In this document: positions 39,926 to 49,820 of the stretch, piece by piece
Layout: each line of letters starts with the position of its first letter
Numbering within the stretch: the first letter of the stretch is position 1
DNA from: Candidatus Omnitrophota bacterium
GTDB lineage: Bacteria > Omnitrophota > Gorgyraeia > JAFGHF01
Direction of reading: 5' to 3'
Length of the DNA: 64,000 nt
Assembly (NCBI GenBank): GCA_020341815.1
Contig: CP070837.1
Span: 1,474,607 to 1,538,606 of the forward strand
Notes under the pieces: model-generated
The model's database searches: none
The model's input: only the letters and a program-made list of their open reading frames with translations
Told to the model about the DNA's origin: nothing
Translations under genes and position numbers: made by a program

Positions 39926-40908
39926 CAGAAGCCGGTGTCAATCATAACGGAAGCATTAAGATAGCGAAAAAAATGATTGACGCAGCTGTATTAGCCGGCG
40001 CGGACGCCGTTAAGTTCCAGACTTTTGAAGCAGAAAAGCTGGTTACTAAATCTGCTCCTATGGCCGAATATCAAAAGAAGGCAACGGGTGAAAGTGAGTC
40101 ACAGTTTGAGATGATAAAGAGATTGGAATTGGATAAAAAAGCGCATCAAGAACTTATGAAGCACTGCAAAAAAAGAGGTATATTATTTTTATCAAGCCCC
40201 TTTGATTTAGAAAGCATAGAATTCCTTAATCGGCTTGGATTGGAAGTATTTAAGGTTGCTTCGGGAGAGATAACAAATGTTCCATTCTTGAGAAAGATAG
40301 GGACTTTAAGAAAGAAAATTATAATCTCCACAGGGATGGCGGATTTAAAAGAAATAGAGAATGCCTTATGTGTTTTAATAAAGGCAGGAACGCCGAAAGA
40401 GAACATAACGCTATTACATTGCAATACAGAATATCCCACACCTTTTGAAGATGTAAATCTATCAGCTATGCTGACAATAAGAGATGCCTTTAAAGTTAGA
40501 GTCGGCTATTCCGACCACACTCCGGGAATAGAAATTCCAATTGCAGCGGCAGTTTTAGGGGCAAGTGTTATAGAAAAGCATTTTACGCTGGACAAAAATA
40601 TGCAAGGCCCCGACCATAGAGCATCTTTGGAGCCCGATGACTTAGGGGCAATGGTAAAAGCGATAAGACATATAGAAAAGGCCCTGGGCAGTAGAATTAA
40701 GAAGCCTTCGCCATCGGAAATTAAAAATAGAAGATTGGTGCGCAAAAGTATTGTAGCGTCAAGATTTATTAAAAAAGGCGAGCTCCTTACGCAGGAGAAT
40801 ATTACAACAAAAAGACCGGCAACAGGCATAAGCCCGATGAGCTGGGATAAAGTAATTGCTCAAAAGGCAAAGAGAAATTTTAAGAAAGACGAGTCATTGG
40901 AATTATAA
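39904..40908 (+). CDS. neuB: N-acetylneuraminate/legionaminate synthase (canonical NeuB/LegI; paralog 2)
   Basis: 'IAEAGVNHNG', 'KFQTF', 'LHCNTEYP', 'SDHT', 'EKHFT', 'GPDH'. Confidence 0.93.
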   Translation: MRKTFVIAEAGVNHNGSIKIAKKMIDAAVLAGADAVKFQTFEAEKLVTKSAPMAEYQKKATGESESQFEMIKRLELDKKAHQELMKHCKKRGILFLSSPFDLESIEFLNRLGLEVFKVASGEITNVPFLRKIGTLRKKIIISTGMADLKEIENALCVLIKAGTPKENITLLHCNTEYPTPFEDVNLSAMLTIRDAFKVRVGYSDHTPGIEIPIAAAVLGASVIEKHFTLDKNMQGPDHRASLEPDDLGAMVKAIRHIEKALGSRIKKPSPSEIKNRRLVRKSIVASRFIKKGELLTQENITTKRPATGISPMSWDKVIAQKAKRNFKKDESLEL

Positions 40909-40939
40909 GATGGATTAGTGGGCTAAATAAGGAGATGTA

Positions 40940-42103
40940 ATGAAAAGAAAAATTTGCATTTTTACAGGCACAAGAGCTGAATATGGACTTTTAAAACCAC
41001 TGATGAAAAGGATAAAAGGGGATAAGACCTTAGAGCTTCAGATAATTGCTTCCGGAATGCATTTATCGCCGGAATTCGGCCTTACATACAGGGAAATAGA
41101 AAAAGACGGATTCATAATAGATGAAAAAATAGAGATTCTATTAAGCTCTGATACCCCGGTAGGCTTAAGTAAGTCAGCGGGTTTGGCAATGATAAGCTTC
41201 AGTGAAGCTTACAGGAGACTAAAACCCGATATTGTTGTGATTCTTGGCGATAGATTTGAGACATTTGCGGCGGCAGTGTCGGCTATGATGTCAAGAATCC
41301 CCATAGCCCATTTGCATGGAGGAGAGGCTACCTTTGGAGCGATTGATGAGGCTATCAGGCATTCTATAACCAAAATGAGCCATTTGCATTTTACTTCTAC
41401 AGAAATTTACAGGAAAAGGGTTATACAATTAGGAGAGAATCCCGGCGCAGTCTTTAATGTTGGGGCAATAGGTTTAGACAATATTAAGGGGTTAAACCTT
41501 TTATCAAAGAAGATACTGGAGAAAAAGTTAGATTTTAAATTCAACAAATATAATTTCTTAGTAACCTTTCATCCGGTTACATTGGAAAATAACACCTCAA
41601 AAAGGCAATTCCAGAACCTGCTTGATGCCTTAGATGAGCTGAAAGAGACCAACCTCATCTTTACAAAAGCAAATGCTGATCCGGAAGGCAGGCTAATCAA
41701 TAAAATGATCAATGACTATGTATCAAAAAATTCTGATAGGTCTGTGTCATTTACTTCAATGGGACAGTTAAACTATTTATCAACCATGCAGTTTGTGGAT
41801 GGCATTATCGGAAATTCATCAAGCGGAATCGTTGAGGCCCCTAGCTTTGAAATCGGAACAATAAATATTGGCGATAGGCAGAAAGGGAGAATTAAGGCAG
41901 AAAGTATAATAGATTGTCAGCCTGCAAAACGGAACATCGAAGACGCTATCAAAATATTATATTCCGAGAAGTTTCAAAAAAATCTCAAAAAAGTTATTAA
42001 CCCATATGGCGATTGTGAAGCCTCAAAGAGAATCAAAGCCATATTGAAGAAGCATGGAATAAAGGATGTGTTAAAGAAATCCTTCTTTGATATAAATTTT
42101 TAG
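40940..42103 (+). CDS. neuC: Hydrolysing NDP-GlcNAc/bacillosamine 2-epimerase (NeuC/LegG)
   Basis: 'TGTRAEYG', 'GDRFE', 'HLHGGE', 'FHPVT', 'GNSSSG', 'GDRQKGR'. Confidence 0.93.
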   Translation: MKRKICIFTGTRAEYGLLKPLMKRIKGDKTLELQIIASGMHLSPEFGLTYREIEKDGFIIDEKIEILLSSDTPVGLSKSAGLAMISFSEAYRRLKPDIVVILGDRFETFAAAVSAMMSRIPIAHLHGGEATFGAIDEAIRHSITKMSHLHFTSTEIYRKRVIQLGENPGAVFNVGAIGLDNIKGLNLLSKKILEKKLDFKFNKYNFLVTFHPVTLENNTSKRQFQNLLDALDELKETNLIFTKANADPEGRLINKMINDYVSKNSDRSVSFTSMGQLNYLSTMQFVDGIIGNSSSGIVEAPSFEIGTINIGDRQKGRIKAESIIDCQPAKRNIEDAIKILYSEKFQKNLKKVINPYGDCEASKRIKAILKKHGIKDVLKKSFFDINF

Positions 42104-42133
42104 TTAACAGAGAAAATGGAAAGATGGCATAAC

Positions 42134-43201
42134 ATGGGAAACAAAAATAAAATTGATGAAATAAAAATCCCTGCAGAGTTATCCATAAAAGAGTGCTTGA
42201 AAAAGATTGACCAGGGAGCAAGGAAAATATTATATATCTGCGATAAAAACGGATGTTTACTGGGGTCGCTTACCGATGGTGACATAAGAAGAAGGCTTCT
42301 GGAGACAGGAAACCTGCAGGAAGAAATCGTTCATTGCTTTAATCGAAACCCCATTTTTGTGACGGAGAATAATTACACCATAGAGGAGATAAAGAAACTG
42401 ATGCTGGGGCATATGATAGAGGGGTTGCCGATTCTGGATGAGAATAAGAAAATTATAGATATCTTATTCTGGGTGGATGTATTTGGAGAGGGGAGCAAAA
42501 CTTATAGAAAGATAAATATACCTGTAGTTATCATGGCCGGCGGCAAGGGAGAGAGATTGGGGCCTTTCACAAAAATACTGCCCAAATGTCTTATACCCGT
42601 GGGGGAAAGGCCCATTATAGAGATGATAATGGATAGATTTAGCCAGCATGGAGTAAGGCATTTTTATGTTAGCTTGAATTATAAAGGAGAAATGGTACAG
42701 ACATATTTTGGAGGCACGGAAAAAAAATACACGATAGATTATATTTGGGAGAAAGAATTTTTTGGGACGGCAGGAAGCCTTAAGTTATTACCCCCTGATA
42801 TAAGCGAGAATTTTATCGTTTCTAACTGCGACATTATTGTAGATGTCGATTATGCAGATTTGTTAAGATTTCATCGGAGAAATAAAAATATATTGACGGT
42901 AGTCGGCTCTATACAGCATTATAAAGTTCCTTACGGGATTATCCATTTTAAAAAAGAAGGAAAATTACAGGAAATCCAGGAGAAGCCGGAATTCGATTTT
43001 ACTGTGAATACGGGAGTATATGTATTATCCAGACAAGCATTGGCATATATCCCTGAGGATAGGCATTTTGATATGACGGATTTTATCCAAACCCTTTTAA
43101 ATAGCAAGGAAAATGTGGGAGTTTACCCGGTAAGCCAAAAATCCTATATTGATATTGGACGCTGGGAAGAGTATAAAGAATATACCCAGAAATTGATATA
43201 A
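42134..43201 (+). CDS. CBS-domain sugar-phosphate nucleotidyltransferase (PtmE-like)
   Basis: CBS pair ('LTDGDIRR') followed by 'MAGGKGERL.P.T..LPK', 'NCD', 'DIG'. Alternative start at 42116. Confidence 0.87.
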   Translation: MGNKNKIDEIKIPAELSIKECLKKIDQGARKILYICDKNGCLLGSLTDGDIRRRLLETGNLQEEIVHCFNRNPIFVTENNYTIEEIKKLMLGHMIEGLPILDENKKIIDILFWVDVFGEGSKTYRKINIPVVIMAGGKGERLGPFTKILPKCLIPVGERPIIEMIMDRFSQHGVRHFYVSLNYKGEMVQTYFGGTEKKYTIDYIWEKEFFGTAGSLKLLPPDISENFIVSNCDIIVDVDYADLLRFHRRNKNILTVVGSIQHYKVPYGIIHFKKEGKLQEIQEKPEFDFTVNTGVYVLSRQALAYIPEDRHFDMTDFIQTLLNSKENVGVYPVSQKSYIDIGRWEEYKEYTQKLI

Positions 43202-43219
43202 CTCTTTGAGAGCAATAAC

Positions 43220-44242
43220 ATGCTGGATACAACAAAACCTTATATTATAGGCGAAACCGCATATATTCATGAAGGAGATTTTTGTTTTCTTTCGCGAATA
43301 GTGGATGAAATTGCCGAAGTGGGGCTTAATGCCGCAAAGTTCCATTTGTTGTTAAACCCTGAGAGTTACATGAGCAGGAAGCATCCGCTTATGGAAAATA
43401 TAAAGAAGTGGGTTTTTTCCAGGAAACAATGGAGCGATATCTTTAATCGTTCAAAAGAGAAGGGATTGGATATTATAGCCTTGTGCGACGATGTGGAAAG
43501 CATCGAGTATATTATTGCCGAAAGAGACGATGTTTTTGCGATAGAAATTCACGCTACAGGATTAAATGATTATTTTTTGCTTGATGCTGCATCGAAATTC
43601 GATGGTTTTATATTATTGGGAATTAGCGGTTCGACAATTGAGGAAATTCAATATGTTGTGGATTTTCTAAAAGAAAGAAACGTAAAGAAAATTGTTTTAA
43701 TGTATGGTTTTCAAAGTTATCCGACTGATCACAAAGATATCAATTTATCGAAAATGCTAAAGCTGAAAGACATCTTTAAGTTGCCGATAGGCTATGCAGA
43801 CCATACCGCCTTTGGCAGCCCCTATAATGAAATTATAAGCGTTATGCCGGCTGCAATGGGATTTCATATTTTAGAGAAGCATTATACGCCTATTCATGGC
43901 GAAAAAAGGATAGATTATGAAGCAGCGGTTGGCAAAGAAAGTATGAAGAAAATAATAGAGCTAATGCGGATTAATCTAGAGGCTTACGGCACAAAAAAAT
44001 TAGATATGCCCAATACAGAATTGCAATATGGAACAACCGGCCCTATGAAAAAAGCAATTGTGGCCAGAAAGGATATTCAAGAAGGCGAAAAGCTTTCCTT
44101 GGACAATCTCTGGTTCAAGAGAACGAAAGAAAGGAGTTCTGTAAAACAAAATCAATTTCCGAAATTAATCGGATTAAAGGCAAAAAAAGACCTAGAAAAG
44201 GATGAAATAATAGATCTTGATAAAATTGAGCACAAATTGTAG
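43220..44242 (+). CDS. Divergent NeuB-family synthase with SAF domain (paralog 3)
   Basis: 'IGETAYIHEG', 'QSYPT', 'GYADHT', 'EKHYT', and C-terminal SAF ('IVARKDIQEGE'). Confidence 0.82.
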   Translation: MLDTTKPYIIGETAYIHEGDFCFLSRIVDEIAEVGLNAAKFHLLLNPESYMSRKHPLMENIKKWVFSRKQWSDIFNRSKEKGLDIIALCDDVESIEYIIAERDDVFAIEIHATGLNDYFLLDAASKFDGFILLGISGSTIEEIQYVVDFLKERNVKKIVLMYGFQSYPTDHKDINLSKMLKLKDIFKLPIGYADHTAFGSPYNEIISVMPAAMGFHILEKHYTPIHGEKRIDYEAAVGKESMKKIIELMRINLEAYGTKKLDMPNTELQYGTTGPMKKAIVARKDIQEGEKLSLDNLWFKRTKERSSVKQNQFPKLIGLKAKKDLEKDEIIDLDKIEHKL

Positions 44243-44286
44243 AGGAATTTATTGGATACGCAAATTTTTTGAAGAAAGGGATAGCA

Positions 44287-45510
44287 ATGGATACTATGTG
44301 GAAGAAGTGGAACGAAGTCAAACTAATTTGCCAAAATAAGAGGATCGTCTTATTTGGCCGTTCTGAGGACTGGGTTCATAAGACTTTACCCAAACTGTCT
44401 CGCCCACCCGATTATATTATAGACAGCAATCCCGGATACACCGGAACGACTTTTCATAATCTTAATATATATCCGCCGGATAAACTGAAAACCGAAAATA
44501 TAGATGAAATCTATATCATTATTACAGCCGGTCCTTACGAGAGTGTTGTTTCGCAATTGGAAGAGTATAATCTGCAGGCAGGAAAGCATTTTTGTTGCAC
44601 ACCGGCATACTATGATTTTAAATTGCTTCAGGAAATTCATCGGTATGACCGGAGGATTCTTATATCTTCTCCCGATTATAGCGAAAAGAAAAACCATCGC
44701 TACAGTAAGTCCGGGGGAGGATTATATATTTGTGACCTTATTTCAAATCAGATAGAGAAAAAAATTCCAGGGCATTTTAGACAGGTTATGCAAGTTGATG
44801 GCTATATATATGCTTTAGAATATGTGGAAATGAAATTGTATGTGCTATCAATGGACATAAACATAGTGGAAAAGCTTCCCCTTGATAAGCCTAATGTTTG
44901 CGGCTTAGCGTATTGTCCAGAGCGAAAACTCATATTTATATCAAATACCGGCACCGATACGATATCTATTTATAATAAAGAGAAATTTCGACTGGTTGAT
45001 ACGATTGAATTCTCAGACAAATATAGAAAAAGAAAGATAGGGCGCCACCACATCAATGATATTTGCGTTGTAGAGGATTCGCTATATGTAAGCTACTTTT
45101 CTCTTTCGGGAAATTGGAAGCGAGGTATTCTTGATGGAGGGATTGTCGAGTTCCATATCGATCAAATAGGCAAACCAGCTAATGTGTTGGTAAAAAATCT
45201 ATGGATGCCCCATAGCGTCGAATTCTTTGACGGAAAATTGACTTATTTGGATTCCAGGAGAGGCCGTTTCTATATAGGCAATCAGAATATTGCCGGAGAG
45301 TTTCCCGGATTTATGCGAGGGCTGGATTACGATGGACGATTTTACTATATAGGACAAAGCGAAGATATGTATATGAGCGACCTTTTCGGAATTTCGAATA
45401 ACATAATGTTAAATGCAGGTTTTTTTCTATTTGATGTCGATACTAAAGTGAGCAAATTTTACAGTTTTAAGGATTTAATTAATGTCCACGATATTTTAGT
45501 ATTACCGTGA
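44287..45510 (+). CDS. Beta-propeller protein, DUF4915-like, with N-terminal Rossmann-like domain
   Basis: 'HHINDI', 'MPHSV' and 'GFMRGL' propeller motifs. N-terminal 'IVLFG...IIDSN...IYPP'. Confidence 0.6.
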   Translation: MDTMWKKWNEVKLICQNKRIVLFGRSEDWVHKTLPKLSRPPDYIIDSNPGYTGTTFHNLNIYPPDKLKTENIDEIYIIITAGPYESVVSQLEEYNLQAGKHFCCTPAYYDFKLLQEIHRYDRRILISSPDYSEKKNHRYSKSGGGLYICDLISNQIEKKIPGHFRQVMQVDGYIYALEYVEMKLYVLSMDINIVEKLPLDKPNVCGLAYCPERKLIFISNTGTDTISIYNKEKFRLVDTIEFSDKYRKRKIGRHHINDICVVEDSLYVSYFSLSGNWKRGILDGGIVEFHIDQIGKPANVLVKNLWMPHSVEFFDGKLTYLDSRRGRFYIGNQNIAGEFPGFMRGLDYDGRFYYIGQSEDMYMSDLFGISNNIMLNAGFFLFDVDTKVSKFYSFKDLINVHDILVLP

Positions 45511-45532
45511 AAAAAGTTAAGGATTGGCAATA

Positions 45533-46327
45533 ATGAAAATAGGATTTTTAATTACCGCAAGACTGAAATCGACAAGGCTGCCCTTTAAAATACTTAAGGA
45601 TTTGAACGGTAAAACCGTTGTTGAAAGGGTTATAGACAGGGCCAAGCAAATCAGGGATATTTCAAAAATTGTTCTTTGCACATCCTTCAATCCCCAGGAT
45701 AAGCCCCTTATTGACCTGGCGAAGAAAAACAGCGTTGAGATTTTTGCCGGGGAAGAAAACGATGTTTTAAAAAGATTCTTGGGGGCCACAAATGTTTTCG
45801 GCCTGAAATATTTCTTGAGCATCACCGCTGACAATCCTTTATTCTCGATAAAATACTCAAACCTTATGGTCGAAAGATTAAAAAAGTATAAACACGATTT
45901 TATAAAGATAGAAGGCCTTCCCCTGGGCACAAGGCCATACGGCTTGAAAACGAAGGCGCTGGAAAGAGTTTGTAACGTAAAGGATATCAAGGATACAGAG
46001 ATCTGGGGATATTTTTTTGACAGACCGGAGATTTTTAATGTGGGGTGCATTAAGGTTAAGGGGAGGCTGAAACGGCCCGATTTAAGGCTAACCCTGGATT
46101 ATGGTGAGGATTATGAGCTCATCAATAACGTTTACTCAAATATCACTTTTCGGAACACCCTTGAGCTTGATAAAGCCATTGCTTATCTGGATGCAAACTC
46201 CGAAATTGCAAAATTGAATCAGGGATGCATCCAGAGAGACCTTGACCGTGGCATCAAGGATCATATCGATAGTATTTTTGGCGGCAGGACAAAGACAAAA
46301 TTTTTTATAGAGAAGGATAAAAAATAG
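45533..46327 (+). CDS. SpsF/KdsB-like cytidylyltransferase
   Basis: 'TARLKSTRLPFK', 'DVLKRF', 'ITADNP', 'RLTLDY.ED'. Confidence 0.85.
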   Translation: MKIGFLITARLKSTRLPFKILKDLNGKTVVERVIDRAKQIRDISKIVLCTSFNPQDKPLIDLAKKNSVEIFAGEENDVLKRFLGATNVFGLKYFLSITADNPLFSIKYSNLMVERLKKYKHDFIKIEGLPLGTRPYGLKTKALERVCNVKDIKDTEIWGYFFDRPEIFNVGCIKVKGRLKRPDLRLTLDYGEDYELINNVYSNITFRNTLELDKAIAYLDANSEIAKLNQGCIQRDLDRGIKDHIDSIFGGRTKTKFFIEKDKK

Positions 46328-47227
46328 ATGAAAAAGGTATTGGTTACGGGTTATATCAGAAGTGGCACGACCTTATTAGCCAATTTCTTGAATTCTCAAA
46401 AAGGATGTCTGGTATACAGAGATTTCTTGGGAGAGACTTTAATCTCTTCTGATAAGTTAGGAATAAAATCCTTTTTGACCGAATTAACTGACCGACAAAA
46501 AAATATTTTTCTTTCTGAATTGAAAGCTAGATCTTGTGCTATTGGGTGCGAGGCCATGAATGGATTGAGCAAAGATTTTTCCAATTTAAAAGAGTTACAC
46601 GAGAGGGCACTTTCTGCTCTGAACAAAAAAAACGCTTATAAAATTGTAGGCACCAAAGTAACCCGCTTGGGAGAAAAGCTTACGACTTTAATCAAGGAAA
46701 CGGATCTCCATGTAATATATATCTACCGTGATACAAGAGACGTTTTATTGTCGGCTAAAAATAGGTTTGTCGGATTTAATCTTATAGAACTTATATTGGG
46801 TTTACGGAAGGATTTAAAAAGCGCATTAAGCATAGAAAGTAAAAAATTGCTTAAATTAAAATTTGAAGATTTAATTTTAAATACGGATTCAATAGTAAAA
46901 CAACTGGCTGATTTTTTAGATGTTGATATCTCAAAAGATATAAGAATAGCAAAAGACAGAGAAACAAATTGGGTAAACAATTCCTCTTTCCATGATATCG
47001 ATCAGTTATTCGATAAGAAAGCTTGCTTTAGGTGGAAGAATCATAGAGATAGCAAAGAGGTAAAATATTGTGAAATCTTGATGGGCGATTTAATACAAAA
47101 AATAGGATATGATATAGATATGAAAAGTTATAGGATTTCAGATAAGTTGTCGGCTTACAAAGATTTGTATATTCGCAGGACTAAAGAAGTTATAAAACAT
47201 TTTTATCGTCATGTTACAAAAGGTTAA
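46328..47227 (+). CDS. Sulfotransferase
   Basis: 5'-PSB 'GYIRSGTTLL', 3'-PB 'YRDTRDVLLS', 'KFEDL'. Confidence 0.82.
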   Translation: MKKVLVTGYIRSGTTLLANFLNSQKGCLVYRDFLGETLISSDKLGIKSFLTELTDRQKNIFLSELKARSCAIGCEAMNGLSKDFSNLKELHERALSALNKKNAYKIVGTKVTRLGEKLTTLIKETDLHVIYIYRDTRDVLLSAKNRFVGFNLIELILGLRKDLKSALSIESKKLLKLKFEDLILNTDSIVKQLADFLDVDISKDIRIAKDRETNWVNNSSFHDIDQLFDKKACFRWKNHRDSKEVKYCEILMGDLIQKIGYDIDMKSYRISDKLSAYKDLYIRRTKEVIKHFYRHVTKG

Positions 47228-47258
47228 TTTCATTATGTTAGAAAAGGTCAATTTCATT
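47211..47258 (+). repeat. Imperfect 24-bp tandem direct repeat at the sulfotransferase/ABC junction
   Basis: atgttacaaaaggttaatttcatt followed by atgttagaaaaggtcaatttcatt (22/24 identical). Confidence 0.85.
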
Positions 47259-49046
47259 TTGACAAGGAATGAGAAGAAGAAATTGATAATTCTTTTTATC
47301 GGCATATTACTTTTGGCGATATTGGAGACATTCAGTATCGGCATTATTATTCCCATAATGGATTTGTTTATCAATCAAGAGAAGATTCAAACCTCCAAAG
47401 TGCTTGGATGGTTTTATCAATTAATAGGGGCCAAAAATAATATCGGTTTTCTAACCGTTTTGGTAATAACTGCTATTCTTTTATTCGTTTTCAAGTCATT
47501 GTATACTGTTTTTATACAATATAAGCAAAGAAGAGTCGTAAACAATATTAATGTTCGTGTAACAACCGGACTTTTAGCTTCATATTTAAATAGGCCATAT
47601 TCGTTTCATTTAGAAAATAATAGTACAATATTGTTTAGGAATGTAGATAATACGGTAGCTCATTTTTCTACCAGTTTTCTACTGTCATTAATATTCATAA
47701 GTACCGATATAGTTATCCTTCTGGCAATTTCTTCTTTACTTTTTTACCTCTATCCCCTTGTAACACTAATATTAGCGAGCGTTCTTACGACGGTTATGAT
47801 GTTTATAAACAATTTTTTTAAAAAAAGAGTTATAATATATGCTTCGAACAGAATGGAGGCTTCAGGAAAAGTGCATAAGTTTGGATTTGAAGCACTCCAC
47901 GCAATTAAGGAAATTAAAGCATACAATGTGCAAGATTTCTTTATCAAAAGATACGCTCAAGCGGCAGCGAAGCGTCTTGATAACGGGGTAAAATTTATCG
48001 TTTCTAACATTTTGCCTCGTTATACATTAGAGATAATATTATGGACCAGTGTACTTACAACGTTATTAATGAGCATATATTTTGGTAAAAATCCTTCTGA
48101 ATTAATTCCTATAATGACCGTATTCGGGTTGGCAGCATTGAGAGTTTTACCATCCATTGACAAGATATATAAGAATGTTAATACTGTTAGATTTTATTCT
48201 AATAGCCTTGATGTTGTTTATCAGACTTTGAAAGAACATAGCCAAGAAAAGATATTAGAAAAAGTTGTTCCCAGGGACATCAAAATAGTCAGTACACCTC
48301 AAGAATCTCAGGCCATTCATTTAGAAAACATTGAATTTCGTTATCAAAAAGCACCGGCTCCTATCTTTAAAGAATTTAATCTTGTAATCCCCGAGCATAA
48401 GATTATTGCTTTTGCAGGTGCGACCGGAGCAGGAAAAAGTACTCTAATAGATATTTTAATGGGATTATTAATTCCCGCAAATGGCGCTTTATATTATAGA
48501 GGAGAGATTGTTACTCCTGAGAATGTTTTGGCCTACCGTCGAAAAATAAGTTATGTTCCTCAACATATCTTTCTTGCCGATGATACTCTGGAGGCAAATA
48601 TTGCCTTTGGCATTCCTCAGGACAAGTTCGACAGTGAGCAGTTGAAGCATGTCATTCAGATTGTGCAACTGGAGTCCTTAATTAATGATTTGCCGAAAGG
48701 AATTAAAACAATAGTGGGTGAAAAAGGCGTCAGGCTTTCTGGCGGCCAAAGACAGCGGTTGGCTATTGCCCGAGCGCTTTATCGCAATCCGGAAATCCTG
48801 ATTATGGATGAGGCTACCTCGGCACTCGATGGATATACAGAAGCCGAACTTAACAAAGCTATTAAAAATCTTTATGGAAATGGAAGACTGACGATAATTC
48901 TTATTGCTCACCGTCTGAGCACTATTGAGGGCGCCGATGTAATTTATGTAATGGAGCAGGGCAAAATCGTTGCTCAGGGCAGTTATCGGGAGCTGTTGGA
49001 AAATTCTACCACATTTAAGAAAATAGCAAACCAAATAACAGCTTAA
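47235..49046 (+). CDS. MsbA/PglK(Wzk)-like ABC transporter (fused permease and ATPase), probable glycan flippase
   Basis: TM domain, Walker A 'GATGAGKST', signature 'LSGGQRQR', Walker B 'ILIMDEATS', 'IAHRLST'. Alternative start at 47211. Confidence 0.9.
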   Translation: MLEKVNFILTRNEKKKLIILFIGILLLAILETFSIGIIIPIMDLFINQEKIQTSKVLGWFYQLIGAKNNIGFLTVLVITAILLFVFKSLYTVFIQYKQRRVVNNINVRVTTGLLASYLNRPYSFHLENNSTILFRNVDNTVAHFSTSFLLSLIFISTDIVILLAISSLLFYLYPLVTLILASVLTTVMMFINNFFKKRVIIYASNRMEASGKVHKFGFEALHAIKEIKAYNVQDFFIKRYAQAAAKRLDNGVKFIVSNILPRYTLEIILWTSVLTTLLMSIYFGKNPSELIPIMTVFGLAALRVLPSIDKIYKNVNTVRFYSNSLDVVYQTLKEHSQEKILEKVVPRDIKIVSTPQESQAIHLENIEFRYQKAPAPIFKEFNLVIPEHKIIAFAGATGAGKSTLIDILMGLLIPANGALYYRGEIVTPENVLAYRRKISYVPQHIFLADDTLEANIAFGIPQDKFDSEQLKHVIQIVQLESLINDLPKGIKTIVGEKGVRLSGGQRQRLAIARALYRNPEILIMDEATSALDGYTEAELNKAIKNLYGNGRLTIILIAHRLSTIEGADVIYVMEQGKIVAQGSYRELLENSTTFKKIANQITA

Positions 49047-49070
49047 ACTTATTGAAAGGATAATAAAAAT

Positions 49071-49814
49071 ATGATTATTGCGCTTTTAATAGGCAGAAAG
49101 GCAAGCCGGGGTCTTCCCGGGAAGAATTTGCATATTGTCTTAGGTAACCCACTTGCATATTATCCTATTAAGGCGGCGAAGGATTGTGCCGAAATAGACA
49201 GGATATATATGTCAACGGATGACGAAAAGCTCATAGACTTGGCAAAGATAAACGGCATTGCCTCTATTCAGAGACCGCCTGAGTTATGTACAGACGATGC
49301 CCTTGGGGAAGATGCCTACATTCACGCTTATAATGTTGTGAAGGAAAAAAACGAAGGCCAGATAGAGATGCTTGTTCTTTTGATGTGCAATGCCGCTACA
49401 ATTACATCAGAGATGATTTCATCGGGGATAAAGGTTTTAAGGGAAAATCCCGATTATGATTCTGCGGTGACAGTGTCAGGGTGCAATATGTGGAGCCCCT
49501 TAAGAGCAAGAAAAATCGGCGAAGATGGTCTCTTGAGGCCTTTTGTTCCATTTGAGACATTTGGCGACCCAAAAATATTAAATTGTGATAGAGATTCGCA
49601 GGGGGATGTATGGTTTGCCGATATGGGTGTTTCGATCGTTCGTCCAAGATGTTTAGAAAATATAGAAAAGGGATTGCTGCCCCAGAAATGGATGGGGCGA
49701 AAGATTTATCCGCTTAAGCAATGGGGCGGCTGCGATATAGATTATGAATGGCAGATTCCTATGACAGAATATTGGTTAAGGAAACATGGCTTTACAGAAG
49801 CTGCAAATGGATAA
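49071..49814 (+). CDS. Cytidylyltransferase (CMP-ulosonate synthetase-like), third paralog
   Basis: 'GRKASRGLPGKN', 'STDD', 'RPPEL', 'DIDYEWQ'. Confidence 0.82.
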   Translation: MIIALLIGRKASRGLPGKNLHIVLGNPLAYYPIKAAKDCAEIDRIYMSTDDEKLIDLAKINGIASIQRPPELCTDDALGEDAYIHAYNVVKEKNEGQIEMLVLLMCNAATITSEMISSGIKVLRENPDYDSAVTVSGCNMWSPLRARKIGEDGLLRPFVPFETFGDPKILNCDRDSQGDVWFADMGVSIVRPRCLENIEKGLLPQKWMGRKIYPLKQWGGCDIDYEWQIPMTEYWLRKHGFTEAANG

Positions 49815-49820
49815 TTGATT

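Noticed and set aside
45517-46050. 177-aa minus-strand ORF (likewise 59532-60071, 4012-4473 and the other antisense or nested ORFs in the track)
   Set aside because: They lie antisense to, or nested in, well-supported + strand genes and carry no recognisable motifs, so they are shadow ORFs.
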